From a virus, in the IMG/VR virus record IMGVR_UViG_3300045996_002184: a stretch of DNA of 28,282 bases. One strand, given 5' to 3'. A model generated the notes under the pieces. That model ran no database searches. It was not told the DNA's origin and saw nothing but the letters and a program-made list of their open reading frames with translations. Positions 19,316 through 26,040 of the stretch are shown in pieces (within the stretch, counting starts at the first letter, position 1; every line of letters begins with the position of its first letter). A program made the position numbers and the translations under genes.

Positions 19316-19606
19316 CTAAGATACAAGCTGGATTCGATTTTTGGTGAAAAATTCGATACTTACGATCTCCTCAAACTTGACATAGACTTCCATCTTGGAG
19401 CCTTCCTGCTGGGATTGAGGTCGTTCGTAGTTTTCAGGCGTTGGGTATAGCTGCTGCTCTATGATCATCACCAAGATACCTAGCTCTTCGAACCGGTAAT
19501 CCTGGCCAACCTGCTCTACGCTGATCGGGTTTCTACCACGAGCATAGATAACAGCCAGATCCCAGTTCTTTTCAGCGGCAGTCAGCCGTTGTATCATTGC
19601 ATTCAT
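19316..19606 (-). CDS. hypothetical protein (96 aa)
   Basis: TAATG overlap with the upstream gene; ends in TAG TAG. Confidence 0.7.
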   Translation of the reverse strand: MNAMIQRLTAAEKNWDLAVIYARGRNPISVEQVGQDYRFEELGILVMIIEQQLYPTPENYERPQSQQEGSKMEVYVKFEEIVSIEFFTKNRIQLVS

Positions 19607-19839
19607 TAATTAAAAGCGATTTGTATTATCCCGGCCGGAGCCACGTAGATAAGGGGTGTAAAGATAGGGATCGGGCTTTTATTGAGATCCTCCCGGTACC
19701 AAAGTCCGCCTTCTTCATCGAATTTTAATAAAGAACAGTCGTCCGGGTGGATTTCTTTGTACCCTAACGCGTTTGGTGCCCGTACCAGCACTGCCAGAAC
19801 AGATTCCTGTTTGATCTTGTCTTTTAATTCCTGTGTCAT
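19606..19839 (-). CDS. hypothetical protein (77 aa)
   Basis: Stop/start overlaps at both ends. Confidence 0.7.
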   Translation of the reverse strand: MTQELKDKIKQESVLAVLVRAPNALGYKEIHPDDCSLLKFDEEGGLWYREDLNKSPIPIFTPLIYVAPAGIIQIAFN

Positions 19840-20537
19840 GATTCATCCTCCTCTTCGTCGTCATCTGGAATATTTTTGATATCCTCATCGGTGACATCAT
19901 CTGGTTCAAAATTCATAACCCGGTCAGTCTTATGTTTTTTCATCCAGAGTTTAACCTCAGAATAGGCAGCGATCTTCATTATTCTCTCCTGCTCTTTGTT
20001 TTGAGCTTTTTCATCTTCAGTGAGAACCATCTTACCTGAAGATGCATTTTTGTAGAAAGGATTGACATAAAACCGTACCTCAGGCATAGTTTTTCGCTCT
20101 CCCCAACAATATTTCATAACACCAGTTACCATTTCAGGATAATCTTTGATATGATCCCCACCCCAGACTTCAAGTAGTGTAACTGCATCACCCCACTCCT
20201 TATGAGATAAGGTACCGATGGATCGTCTGTATTCCTGAAGTTCTCCATCATACCATCCTTCAAGCCCAAGACCATTACCTCGAAATCCCTGTCCCATAAA
20301 ACAGTTACCAGGACTACGTGGATCAAAGGTTGTAAGCTGGTACTTTCCTTTTTTGGGATAAGCTTTGTAAATTTCGATTTCTTGTTTCAAAGCTTTGATC
20401 AGTACATCCTCCATTGCTTCCATTAATCTCGGCTGAAGAAATGTATCAACGATGGATTTTTTAGGAAGTAAACTGTCGATCAATGCTCTCCTCTTTTTTC
20501 CCTCAGGGGTGTTGTCTGTAAATATGAATGCTGGCAT
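19836..20537 (-). CDS. hypothetical protein with acidic C-terminal tail
   Basis: Track ORF 19836..20600. Likely start is ATG 20537 (MPAFIFTD), immediately after the MazG-like stop. Confidence 0.8.
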   Translation of the reverse strand: MPAFIFTDNTPEGKKRRALIDSLLPKKSIVDTFLQPRLMEAMEDVLIKALKQEIEIYKAYPKKGKYQLTTFDPRSPGNCFMGQGFRGNGLGLEGWYDGELQEYRRSIGTLSHKEWGDAVTLLEVWGGDHIKDYPEMVTGVMKYCWGERKTMPEVRFYVNPFYKNASSGKMVLTEDEKAQNKEQERIMKIAAYSEVKLWMKKHKTDRVMNFEPDDVTDEDIKNIPDDDEEEDES

Positions 20538-20538
20538 A

Positions 20539-21120
20539 TCAGTATTGTTTACCATGCTTGTGTGGTCTTCCCGCGTTAAAGCGGATCTTCCACTCCACAT
20601 GCTGTTCGAGATTGATGTTGTACCACTCGCAGAACTTCAGGATCGCAGCGAGCACATAGCCCCAGTCTTTACCTGGATACGGACAAGCAATACCGCCAAA
20701 CTCTTTGGTGTGTTCTTCGTTATCGAACGCCTTGATGCAGTAGTTCTGCAACCTCAGCACGTCATGTGCGAAATTGCCGGTACTTTCCTTGCGATACTCA
20801 CGTTCAATGATCGGCCAACCGAAACCTTTGCAACAATCGAGTATGCGGATTACGGTATCAGCCAATTCATCTTCTACGGTGTCTTTGATATGGCCTGGAA
20901 AGTTTATCATCAATACTGAATCTTCAGTCAATAACTCCCTAGTCTCAGGTTCATAGTTCATCCATATCTTTCTTTTTCTATGACTTTCAACCGCCTCGCT
21001 GAGTTCACTCACGATCAACGCGACCGCTTCGCCACGGTTCCTTTTTTCGCCGTCTTTCCAGAAGCCTTTTTCTGTGTTAATACGACTGATCTCTTCTTGG
21101 AATCTGATGATGTTTTGCAT
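20539..21120 (-). CDS. MazG-like NTP pyrophosphohydrolase
   Basis: KGFW, ALIVSELSEAVESHRK, EDELADTVIRILD, INLEQHVEWKIRFNAGRPHKHGK (ExxE...ExxD all-alpha NTP-PPase pattern). Confidence 0.85.
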   Translation of the reverse strand: MQNIIRFQEEISRINTEKGFWKDGEKRNRGEAVALIVSELSEAVESHRKRKIWMNYEPETRELLTEDSVLMINFPGHIKDTVEDELADTVIRILDCCKGFGWPIIEREYRKESTGNFAHDVLRLQNYCIKAFDNEEHTKEFGGIACPYPGKDWGYVLAAILKFCEWYNINLEQHVEWKIRFNAGRPHKHGKQY

Positions 21121-21338
21121 GTTGTTTTTGAATTACGTTTTTCAATCTGTTCTTTCTGGTAGTCACGAACGATCTGGTTAGCGCACAAGGATGCCGGAAC
21201 ATTATGACCGAAACAAGTCGCCAGGAATCGCATACTATAAGTAGCTTTAGGCTCACGTCTTCTAACCATCTGGATTACCTTGAACCCGTACTTGGTGAAA
21301 GAGCTTATCGCTGAGTAGAAATTTGCTGCTGCCTTCAT
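21015..21338 (-). CDS. hypothetical basic protein
   Basis: ATGA overlap with the upstream gene; 106-nt overlap with the MazG-like gene. Confidence 0.55.
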   Translation of the reverse strand: MKAAANFYSAISSFTKYGFKVIQMVRRREPKATYSMRFLATCFGHNVPASLCANQIVRDYQKEQIEKRNSKTTCKTSSDSKKRSVVLTQKKASGKTAKKGTVAKRSR

Positions 21339-21640
21339 GATTCTTCGTTTAAGTCAAAGTGATTGTACCAGGCAGTAACGCAGTAGGCAATAGCCCAATC
21401 ATTACCACGTTTCTTTATCTGCATTATTCTAAGACAACCATGACCTGTATTAGAGTTCTGTTCAATCCAACCAGATACATATTCTTCTAGCCTGTCAGCT
21501 GAAAAACCCTTTGCTGGGTACAGCAGAACTCCTTCGATCATGTTCTCCTGATTACGGTAAGTCTGTTCTACCAGCTCGTACCAATCGTCTGCATCCGGTG
21601 AGAGCATGCGCAATTTCTTCGGATCAAATCTAAGTGCCAT
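21335..21640 (-). CDS. hypothetical protein (101 aa)
   Basis: Fits the minus-strand gene tiling. Confidence 0.7.
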   Translation of the reverse strand: MALRFDPKKLRMLSPDADDWYELVEQTYRNQENMIEGVLLYPAKGFSADRLEEYVSGWIEQNSNTGHGCLRIMQIKKRGNDWAIAYCVTAWYNHFDLNEES

Positions 21641-21642
21641 AG

Positions 21643-21903
21643 TTAGTCCTCCAGGAACACTCCCCGGTTGGTAACAACATACCGCTGTTTTCCAATCGTG
21701 AATGTCTTTTTACGTGAGTTAGAAAGTACCTCGTTGAGGGTTGTTACGCTGTTCGGTAAGTCACTGTCCGTAGGATCCGAGTCCCATGCAACCATCTTAG
21801 GTTTTTGCATCACACATACTGGCCATTTACCGTTGTACAGGTAATAGCACATGTCTACCTCACGATAGAATAATACCCATCGCTGGGTCACTTCATTTTC
21901 CAT
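21643..21903 (-). CDS. hypothetical protein
   Basis: Likely start is ATG 21903 (MENEVTQ), after the leader CAAAACAATTAT. Confidence 0.7.
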   Translation of the reverse strand: MENEVTQRWVLFYREVDMCYYLYNGKWPVCVMQKPKMVAWDSDPTDSDLPNSVTTLNEVLSNSRKKTFTIGKQRYVVTNRGVFLED

Positions 21904-21921
21904 ATAATTGTTTTGAGAGTG

Positions 21922-21952
21922 AAAAAGAAAGCCCCGCACGTCTGCAGGGCTT
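21922..21952 (-). terminator. intrinsic terminator
   Basis: AAGCCCTGCA-GACG-TGCGGGGCTT followed by TCTTTTT. Confidence 0.75.
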
Positions 21953-21956
21953 GAGT

Positions 21957-22050
21957 TGAGTCACAGGCAAGGTTTTTATTGTAGTATTTATCCCTACCTA
22001 CCATTGACTTTGTACTTTACTACATCAAGTGCAATGGAATCTGTCACTCA
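21957..22050 (-). ncRNA. putative structured RNA module (94 nt)
   Basis: Closing stem TGAGTGACAG/CTGTGACTCA (one mismatch). Long hairpin CCATTG-C-ACTT-GA-TGTA...TACA-AAGT-CAATGG and a GTAG/CTAC hairpin. Followed by a terminator. Confidence 0.55.
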
Positions 22051-22073
22051 TACGCTTCAGCAGCGTATAGAGT

Positions 22074-22418
22074 TTACTTCCGCCATTTTCGTTCTTTGAC
22101 CTGGTACTTTGTCAATTTATTCTTTAGTTGCCTAATAGTATCGTGGCCTAAAGACTCAATTACAGTGGAAAGGTCAGGAAGAACTGTATTCGCATTATTG
22201 AATACGGGACTTCTCGGCGGAGTATAAGAAATGATTTTGTCGGCGTCATAGATAATTACAGTACTTCCAGTGATCTGAGCTACGAGGAAAGAAGATTTCT
22301 TTTCTGTTGCTTTGGTTGATATTGTTATCAACCCACTACCGCTATCGTAATTTACACTCACCTCATTGCCGGGAGTTCTCACCTCAAGTACTGCACCTGA
22401 TGATAAAAAGATTTTCAT
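22074..22418 (-). CDS. hypothetical protein (114 aa) embedded in the ncRNA island
   Basis: Clean, AT-richer ORF flanked by structured RNA modules. Confidence 0.75.
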   Translation of the reverse strand: MKIFLSSGAVLEVRTPGNEVSVNYDSGSGLITISTKATEKKSSFLVAQITGSTVIIYDADKIISYTPPRSPVFNNANTVLPDLSTVIESLGHDTIRQLKNKLTKYQVKERKWRK

Positions 22419-22436
22419 GTGAAAGGATTTAGTTTG

Positions 22437-22529
22437 CTCTCTCGCCAGGATTCGAACCTGGATGAAGGATAACCGTTCCTTTATTCCTTCTGTCTGTTAA
22501 CTAGCGGCTACCAATTTCGCCACGAGAGA
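22437..22529 (-). ncRNA. tRNA-like element 2 (tRNA-Leu-like D arm; anticodon arm replaced)
   Basis: TCTCTCG TG GCG-AAATTGGTAGC-CGC [TAGTTAACAGACA GAAGGAATAA-AGGAACGG-TTATCCTTC AT] CCAGG-TTCGAAT-CCTGG CGAGAGA G. Perfect acceptor and T stems; no 5-bp/7-nt anticodon arm. Confidence 0.8.
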
Positions 22530-22538
22530 AACCAAAAG

Positions 22539-22686
22539 TTTACTGGAAGCTCGGGTCTTTTATCCCGGATTCAGCACGTTCACACTCTCCCTGGTCTCAC
22601 CTCTGAGAGTTCGAGTGCTTCGGTACCGGTGCAGGCTTCCTTCTATGCATAGCGGCCTTTTCTCCATGCCCGGATTTTCCAGTAAA
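22539..22686 (-). ncRNA. putative structured RNA module (148 nt)
   Basis: Perfect 10-bp closing stem TTTACTGGAA/TTCCAGTAAA. Internal stems GCATGG/CTATGC, AGCAC..ACTCTC/GAGAGT..GTGCT and CGGG/CCCG. Confidence 0.55.
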
Positions 22687-22693
22687 TAAAATA

Positions 22694-22790
22694 GATCCCT
22701 GAACCACCGCCTACCGTGGCTACACTCCAATCTCGGCATCTCCCGACTAATGCTTACGGGCTAGTTTAGAGGAGGTCATCGTCAAGGATC
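22694..22790 (-). ncRNA. putative structured RNA module (97 nt)
   Basis: Closing stem GATCCTTGA/TCAGGGATC. Internal CTCC/GGAG enclosing CTAG/TTAG and TCGG/CCGA hairpins, plus a GCCAC/GTGGT hairpin. Confidence 0.5.
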
Positions 22791-22797
22791 AATAAGA

Positions 22798-23077
22798 TCA
22801 AAAGTACCTGATCACCGGTTTCACACCGGCACCTATCTTTAGGACGCACCTGGCAGGGCTGCAGCGATCTACCAGGGAGTTTTTCAGATTCAAGCGAGCT
22901 GCAAATGTTACTATCGGATCAAGAATTCAAAGGGTGTTAAACCTGGTTCATGAAGGATCTCACATAAGGGCTTTATTCACTGTTATCACCTGCGATTCTC
23001 GGTTTCCACATTGTACACCCACATCACCGTGGGCCGCAATGATTTGCCCGTACGGGCCTTATCACAGGTACTTTTGA
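22798..23077 (-). ncRNA. putative large structured RNA (280 nt)
   Basis: Perfect 13-bp closing stem TCAAAAGTACCTG/CAGGTACTTTTGA. Hairpins GCCCGTACGGGC, CATTG..CCCAC/GTGGG..CAATG, CCTGGTAG/CTGCCAGG, CCTA/TAGG and GCCGG-TGTGAAA-CCGGT. No ORF of 60 aa or more. Confidence 0.6.
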
Positions 23078-23096
23078 AAGATCTTGAGGTATAGAT

Positions 23097-23129
23097 ATAA
23101 AAAGCAACTCCCCGTGGAAACGAGGAGTT
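23097..23129 (-). terminator. intrinsic terminator-like hairpin
   Basis: AACTCCTCGT-TTCC-ACGGGGAGTT followed by GCTTTTTAT. Confidence 0.65.
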
Positions 23130-23157
23130 ACAACCCTAAACCCTTAAAAAACAATTT

Positions 23158-23367
23158 TCAAACTGCCGGTTTATAAAAGCCGTATGCAGCAAAGTATTTA
23201 TTGTAGACTTTCGCCTCTTGTTTGCGGAATTCTTCCACATTTTTTGAGGACTGGTGTACTTGTTCGGTTTCTTGCTGGTATTTCAGAACAGTGTCAGTCG
23301 GGATACTATCCCATTGAGGCTGAACTTTTAGGCCAACCTGAAGCAGTATTTTGGAAAAGCCGCTCAT
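23158..23367 (-). CDS. hypothetical protein (69 aa)
   Basis: Minus-strand ORF followed by a terminator-like hairpin. Confidence 0.65.
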   Translation of the reverse strand: MSGFSKILLQVGLKVQPQWDSIPTDTVLKYQQETEQVHQSSKNVEEFRKQEAKVYNKYFAAYGFYKPAV

Positions 23368-23461
23368 GTTAATCTTTCGCCAAGAAAGTCCAAACAGTAT
23401 GCCAACCGTAAAATCACTTGGTAAAAACTGTTAATGTGAACGGTATTTTCTGCAAAAATTA

Positions 23462-23785
23462 TCAGTATTCGATCTCTTCCCGGGTGAGGTACCGCACAAC
23501 CTGACCAGCATACTTCTGCATGCGTTTGGATGCGTCCTTGAAATCCCACTCCCGGAGCCTCTCATTAGGTCCACGGGCATTGATCTTATCTGCATACCCG
23601 GACAGGATCGGCGCGTCACCCTTGTTGAAACCGATACCGTTTTCCTCGTGAGTGTCTTCGGTATCCTGTTCATCATCAGTCTGTCTTTTCCATACCGCGA
23701 TGATACACTTCTCCAGGAAGGCAATGTCATCTGCCATCCGGAGCTTTACCAGCTGGGTCAGTTCCTTTTGTGCTTTCGTTGCCAT
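23462..23785 (-). CDS. phage protein of unknown function (QTxDEQ...NGIGFN..DA..LS motif)
   Basis: KRQTDDEQDTEDTHEENGIGFNKGDAPILSGYA...KRMQKYAGQV. I recall this motif from other phage hypothetical proteins; not verified. Confidence 0.75.
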   Translation of the reverse strand: MATKAQKELTQLVKLRMADDIAFLEKCIIAVWKRQTDDEQDTEDTHEENGIGFNKGDAPILSGYADKINARGPNERLREWDFKDASKRMQKYAGQVVRYLTREEIEY

Positions 23786-23791
23786 AGGATG

Positions 23792-24979
23792 TTATTCGTA
23801 GTCACGAAATGATTTACCGATCGGGAAGCGCGGAAGGCCATCATCGGTATAGCTAAAATGCTTGATCGTTATTTTGGTACCGATGAGACTTCCTTCCATA
23901 GCCTCATACTTCTTCTTCAGCTTGCGGTTCCCGACCATCTTAGCGCGAAACGTATGAGCATCGTGCTTGCATACAGCAAGCAGATCTTCGTCTCGTTGAC
24001 CTTTCTCAAACTGTATAAAGTCGAATTCGGTCTCATCGAATTCCTTCACCTTTAACAGTGAGGATGATCGTTGTCCCTGATCGTAAGTGCCATTGAACAA
24101 TCTTATCATTGCTCCCTCATATCCCCGACCAACCCAGTCATCATGATGGAATTTCACATGATCTGATTTCTCTGCTATTACAGTTTGTACGGAACGAATA
24201 AACAGTGAGCCAATATCTTTCACGATATTTTGCATTACCAGCAGTCTCTCTATCTGGTTCTCTTCGCTTACTACGTCGTATGCACGAAAGTGCAACCTCA
24301 ATGAGTTCGGGTACTGTTTCTTCACAGCCTGGGTAATCTCCTGGAACGTCAGCTCATCTGAATAGATCTCACCATCCAGTATGAACGGATCTGATACCGA
24401 ACTATTGATCACTTCTTCTGCAATATGTCCCAGGGTTGTATATTCCTTACCACTTCTGGAGAGAAACTTCACATCAAGATCGGGTCCCTGGCGTGTTACG
24501 ATCATAAGGCACCTCACACCATCCAGCTTCGGCTGAACGTAACAAGGATACTTCAAATTCTTACCACCGGCCCAGTCCTTGGCAAGCATCGGCTTGACAT
24601 TCCCGGAAGCATCGGTGTTGAATTGAGGTAAAACTCTATCAAGTACTCCTTTCAAGATATCATTGTAGATTTTCCAGGCATGCTCACCAGCATTTTCAGT
24701 TGGGCCAACTACAATTTGGTTCAAATCTTCCAAGCTCTTGTATCCCTCGTCACGTTTCTTCTTCCAATCACTATTAGCCTGGAACTCAGCCTGCTCTTTA
24801 GCACTACGTTTTTGTTTACCGGTATCCACTATTTCGCGGTGAGTTACCGGCTTATCGGTACCGAGCTTACCACTCTCTTTGATGATCTCTCCACCACCGG
24901 TATCAGAAGTTTCTACTCTGATGTTCCAGTACTGGATGTCACCGGTCTTGGTGCGTTTGTAAAGTGTATCTAGTTTCAT
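23792..24979 (-). CDS. ATP-dependent DNA ligase
   Basis: KPMLA, motif I QPKLDGVRC, SRSGK, LDGEIY, YD, EGAMIR, LLKVKEF, C-terminal GLPRFP; N-terminal LYKR...W extension. Confidence 0.95.
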   Translation of the reverse strand: MKLDTLYKRTKTGDIQYWNIRVETSDTGGGEIIKESGKLGTDKPVTHREIVDTGKQKRSAKEQAEFQANSDWKKKRDEGYKSLEDLNQIVVGPTENAGEHAWKIYNDILKGVLDRVLPQFNTDASGNVKPMLAKDWAGGKNLKYPCYVQPKLDGVRCLMIVTRQGPDLDVKFLSRSGKEYTTLGHIAEEVINSSVSDPFILDGEIYSDELTFQEITQAVKKQYPNSLRLHFRAYDVVSEENQIERLLVMQNIVKDIGSLFIRSVQTVIAEKSDHVKFHHDDWVGRGYEGAMIRLFNGTYDQGQRSSSLLKVKEFDETEFDFIQFEKGQRDEDLLAVCKHDAHTFRAKMVGNRKLKKKYEAMEGSLIGTKITIKHFSYTDDGLPRFPIGKSFRDYE

Positions 24980-24996
24980 AAACTGTTTTGAAAGTG

Positions 24997-25025
24997 AATA
25001 AAAAGCCCCAGTAGAAACCAGGGCC
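24997..25025 (-). terminator. intrinsic terminator downstream of tRNA-like element 3
   Basis: GGCCCTGGT-TTCT-ACTGGGGCT followed by TTTTATT. Confidence 0.65.
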
Positions 25026-25057
25026 GGGCGTTTGACTTATAAAGGAATAAAGCGTCG

Positions 25058-25141
25058 TGGAGAGAGCTGGGTTCGAACCAGCGACAATCGTGTACTCACT
25101 CTAGGCTTTGTCCGATGCTCTACCATCTGAGCTACCTCCCC
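25058..25141 (-). ncRNA. tRNA-like element 3 with enlarged, irregular anticodon arm
   Basis: GGGGAGG TA GCTC-AGATGGTA-GAGC A [TCGGACAAAGCCTAGAGTGAGTACACGA] TTGTC GCTGG-TTCGAAC-CCAGC TCTCTCC A. Canonical D and T arms; 28 nt instead of 17 in the anticodon arm. Confidence 0.8.
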
Positions 25142-25369
25142 GTTAAAGTCCCACATAGAAATGCAGGACGTGGCATTTAAAAATACCCCCAATTGAAAGA
25201 CTCTTTTAGACCCGGGATCTCCCCGGTATCAAACTAAGTATGAATGCGGCAGTGAAGATACATGAAATGATCAGTGCTGTGATGCGGGCACCGATCTCAC
25301 TTTCAGCGGTATCATACCATGTGATCCAAAATACGATTGCAGCCACGGCTGTACACCATCTCCAGTACC

Positions 25370-25762
25370 TCATGGTTTCTTCTTTTGTACCACGCCGCGT
25401 TGTTTGGTCTGAAGTGGCATCACACTCACCCAGGCGGCCTGGTATTGGTTTATAAGAAGGTTAAGCGGGTTGTCGTGAGCTATCGTAGTAACGAAAGACC
25501 ACATATTGCCCGTAGTATTACGAAGCAAGATGATCTCCGTACCGTTTTCAAAGCGCAGGACTGTACCTGGTTGCAATGGATGCCCCTTGGCGGAAATAAC
25601 TGCGTGGAAAGTGCCACGTACATGATACTTCTCGCTAACCCTGACACCGAGCAATCTTGCTACGATCCTTTTCCATTTGGACGGTACTTCCAAGGAAGGG
25701 TAATCGAGGTTCATGTCCAGGATACGAACTGTTTCAGGAGTTTTAAGTGTGTTGGGTCTCAT
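25370..25762 (-). CDS. hypothetical protein (130 aa)
   Basis: ATGA overlap with the upstream ORF. Confidence 0.6.
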   Translation of the reverse strand: MRPNTLKTPETVRILDMNLDYPSLEVPSKWKRIVARLLGVRVSEKYHVRGTFHAVISAKGHPLQPGTVLRFENGTEIILLRNTTGNMWSFVTTIAHDNPLNLLINQYQAAWVSVMPLQTKQRGVVQKKKP

Positions 25763-25956
25763 GATACTAATCTCCCCGCACGACGCGCATCCCTGCGCTG
25801 TTGCCGCTGATTTTTGTGATACCGCATGCCGAAGGTCATGGGATCCATGCCAGGGTATAACGGTGATGATTTAGCTGTCTGTTGAACTTTTTCGGTATGT
25901 CGGAATGCACTTGCGCAAAGTGCCATAAGTCCTGTGATAAATGCAAAATACCTCAT
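25759..25956 (-). CDS. hypothetical protein with hydrophobic N-terminus (65 aa)
   Basis: MRYFAFITGLMALCASA is signal-peptide-like; leader CCCTTAAAATAAACAGTC. Confidence 0.65.
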   Translation of the reverse strand: MRYFAFITGLMALCASAFRHTEKVQQTAKSSPLYPGMDPMTFGMRYHKNQRQQRRDARRAGRLVS

Positions 25957-25992
25957 GACTGTTTATTTTAAGGGTGATAAAAATCAAAGTTG

Positions 25993-26025
25993 AAAAATGC
26001 CGACGGTTTTCTCGCCGGCATTTTT
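25993..26025 (-). terminator. intrinsic terminator, potentially bidirectional
   Basis: AAAAATGCCGGCG-AGAAAAC-CGTCGGCATTTTT. Confidence 0.7.
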
Positions 26026-26040
26026 AAGTGGACTAATTCC

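Noticed and set aside
14726-21120. 2-aminoadenine (Z-DNA) pathway suggested by PolA plus MazG
   Set aside because: No PurZ or DatZ homologue is present in the window.
21957-23077. CRISPR or mini-array interpretation of the non-coding island
   Set aside because: There are no direct repeats with regular spacing; each unit has its own inverted termini.
22798-23077. tmRNA, RNase P RNA, or group I/II intron
   Set aside because: The diagnostic terminal and core motifs were not seen, and the element does not interrupt a gene.
23364-23730. Track ORFs 23364..23549 and 23431..23730, and a possible Bacteroidota promoter in 23368-23461
   Set aside because: The ORFs overlap the better-supported 23462..23785 gene in other frames. 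The TA-NNN-TTTG matches deviate from the TAnnTTTG consensus.
24997-25057. HDV-like (theta) ribozyme downstream of a tRNA-like element
   Set aside because: The trailer reads as a simple terminator hairpin, and no nested pseudoknot could be built by eye.
17541-25141. Amber-suppressor tRNAs or TAG recoding (CTA occurs in the loops of elements 1 and 3)
   Set aside because: CTA is not preceded by U33 or centred in a 7-nt loop. Long genes are uninterrupted in the standard code, and TAG serves as a stop at 17186 and 19316.
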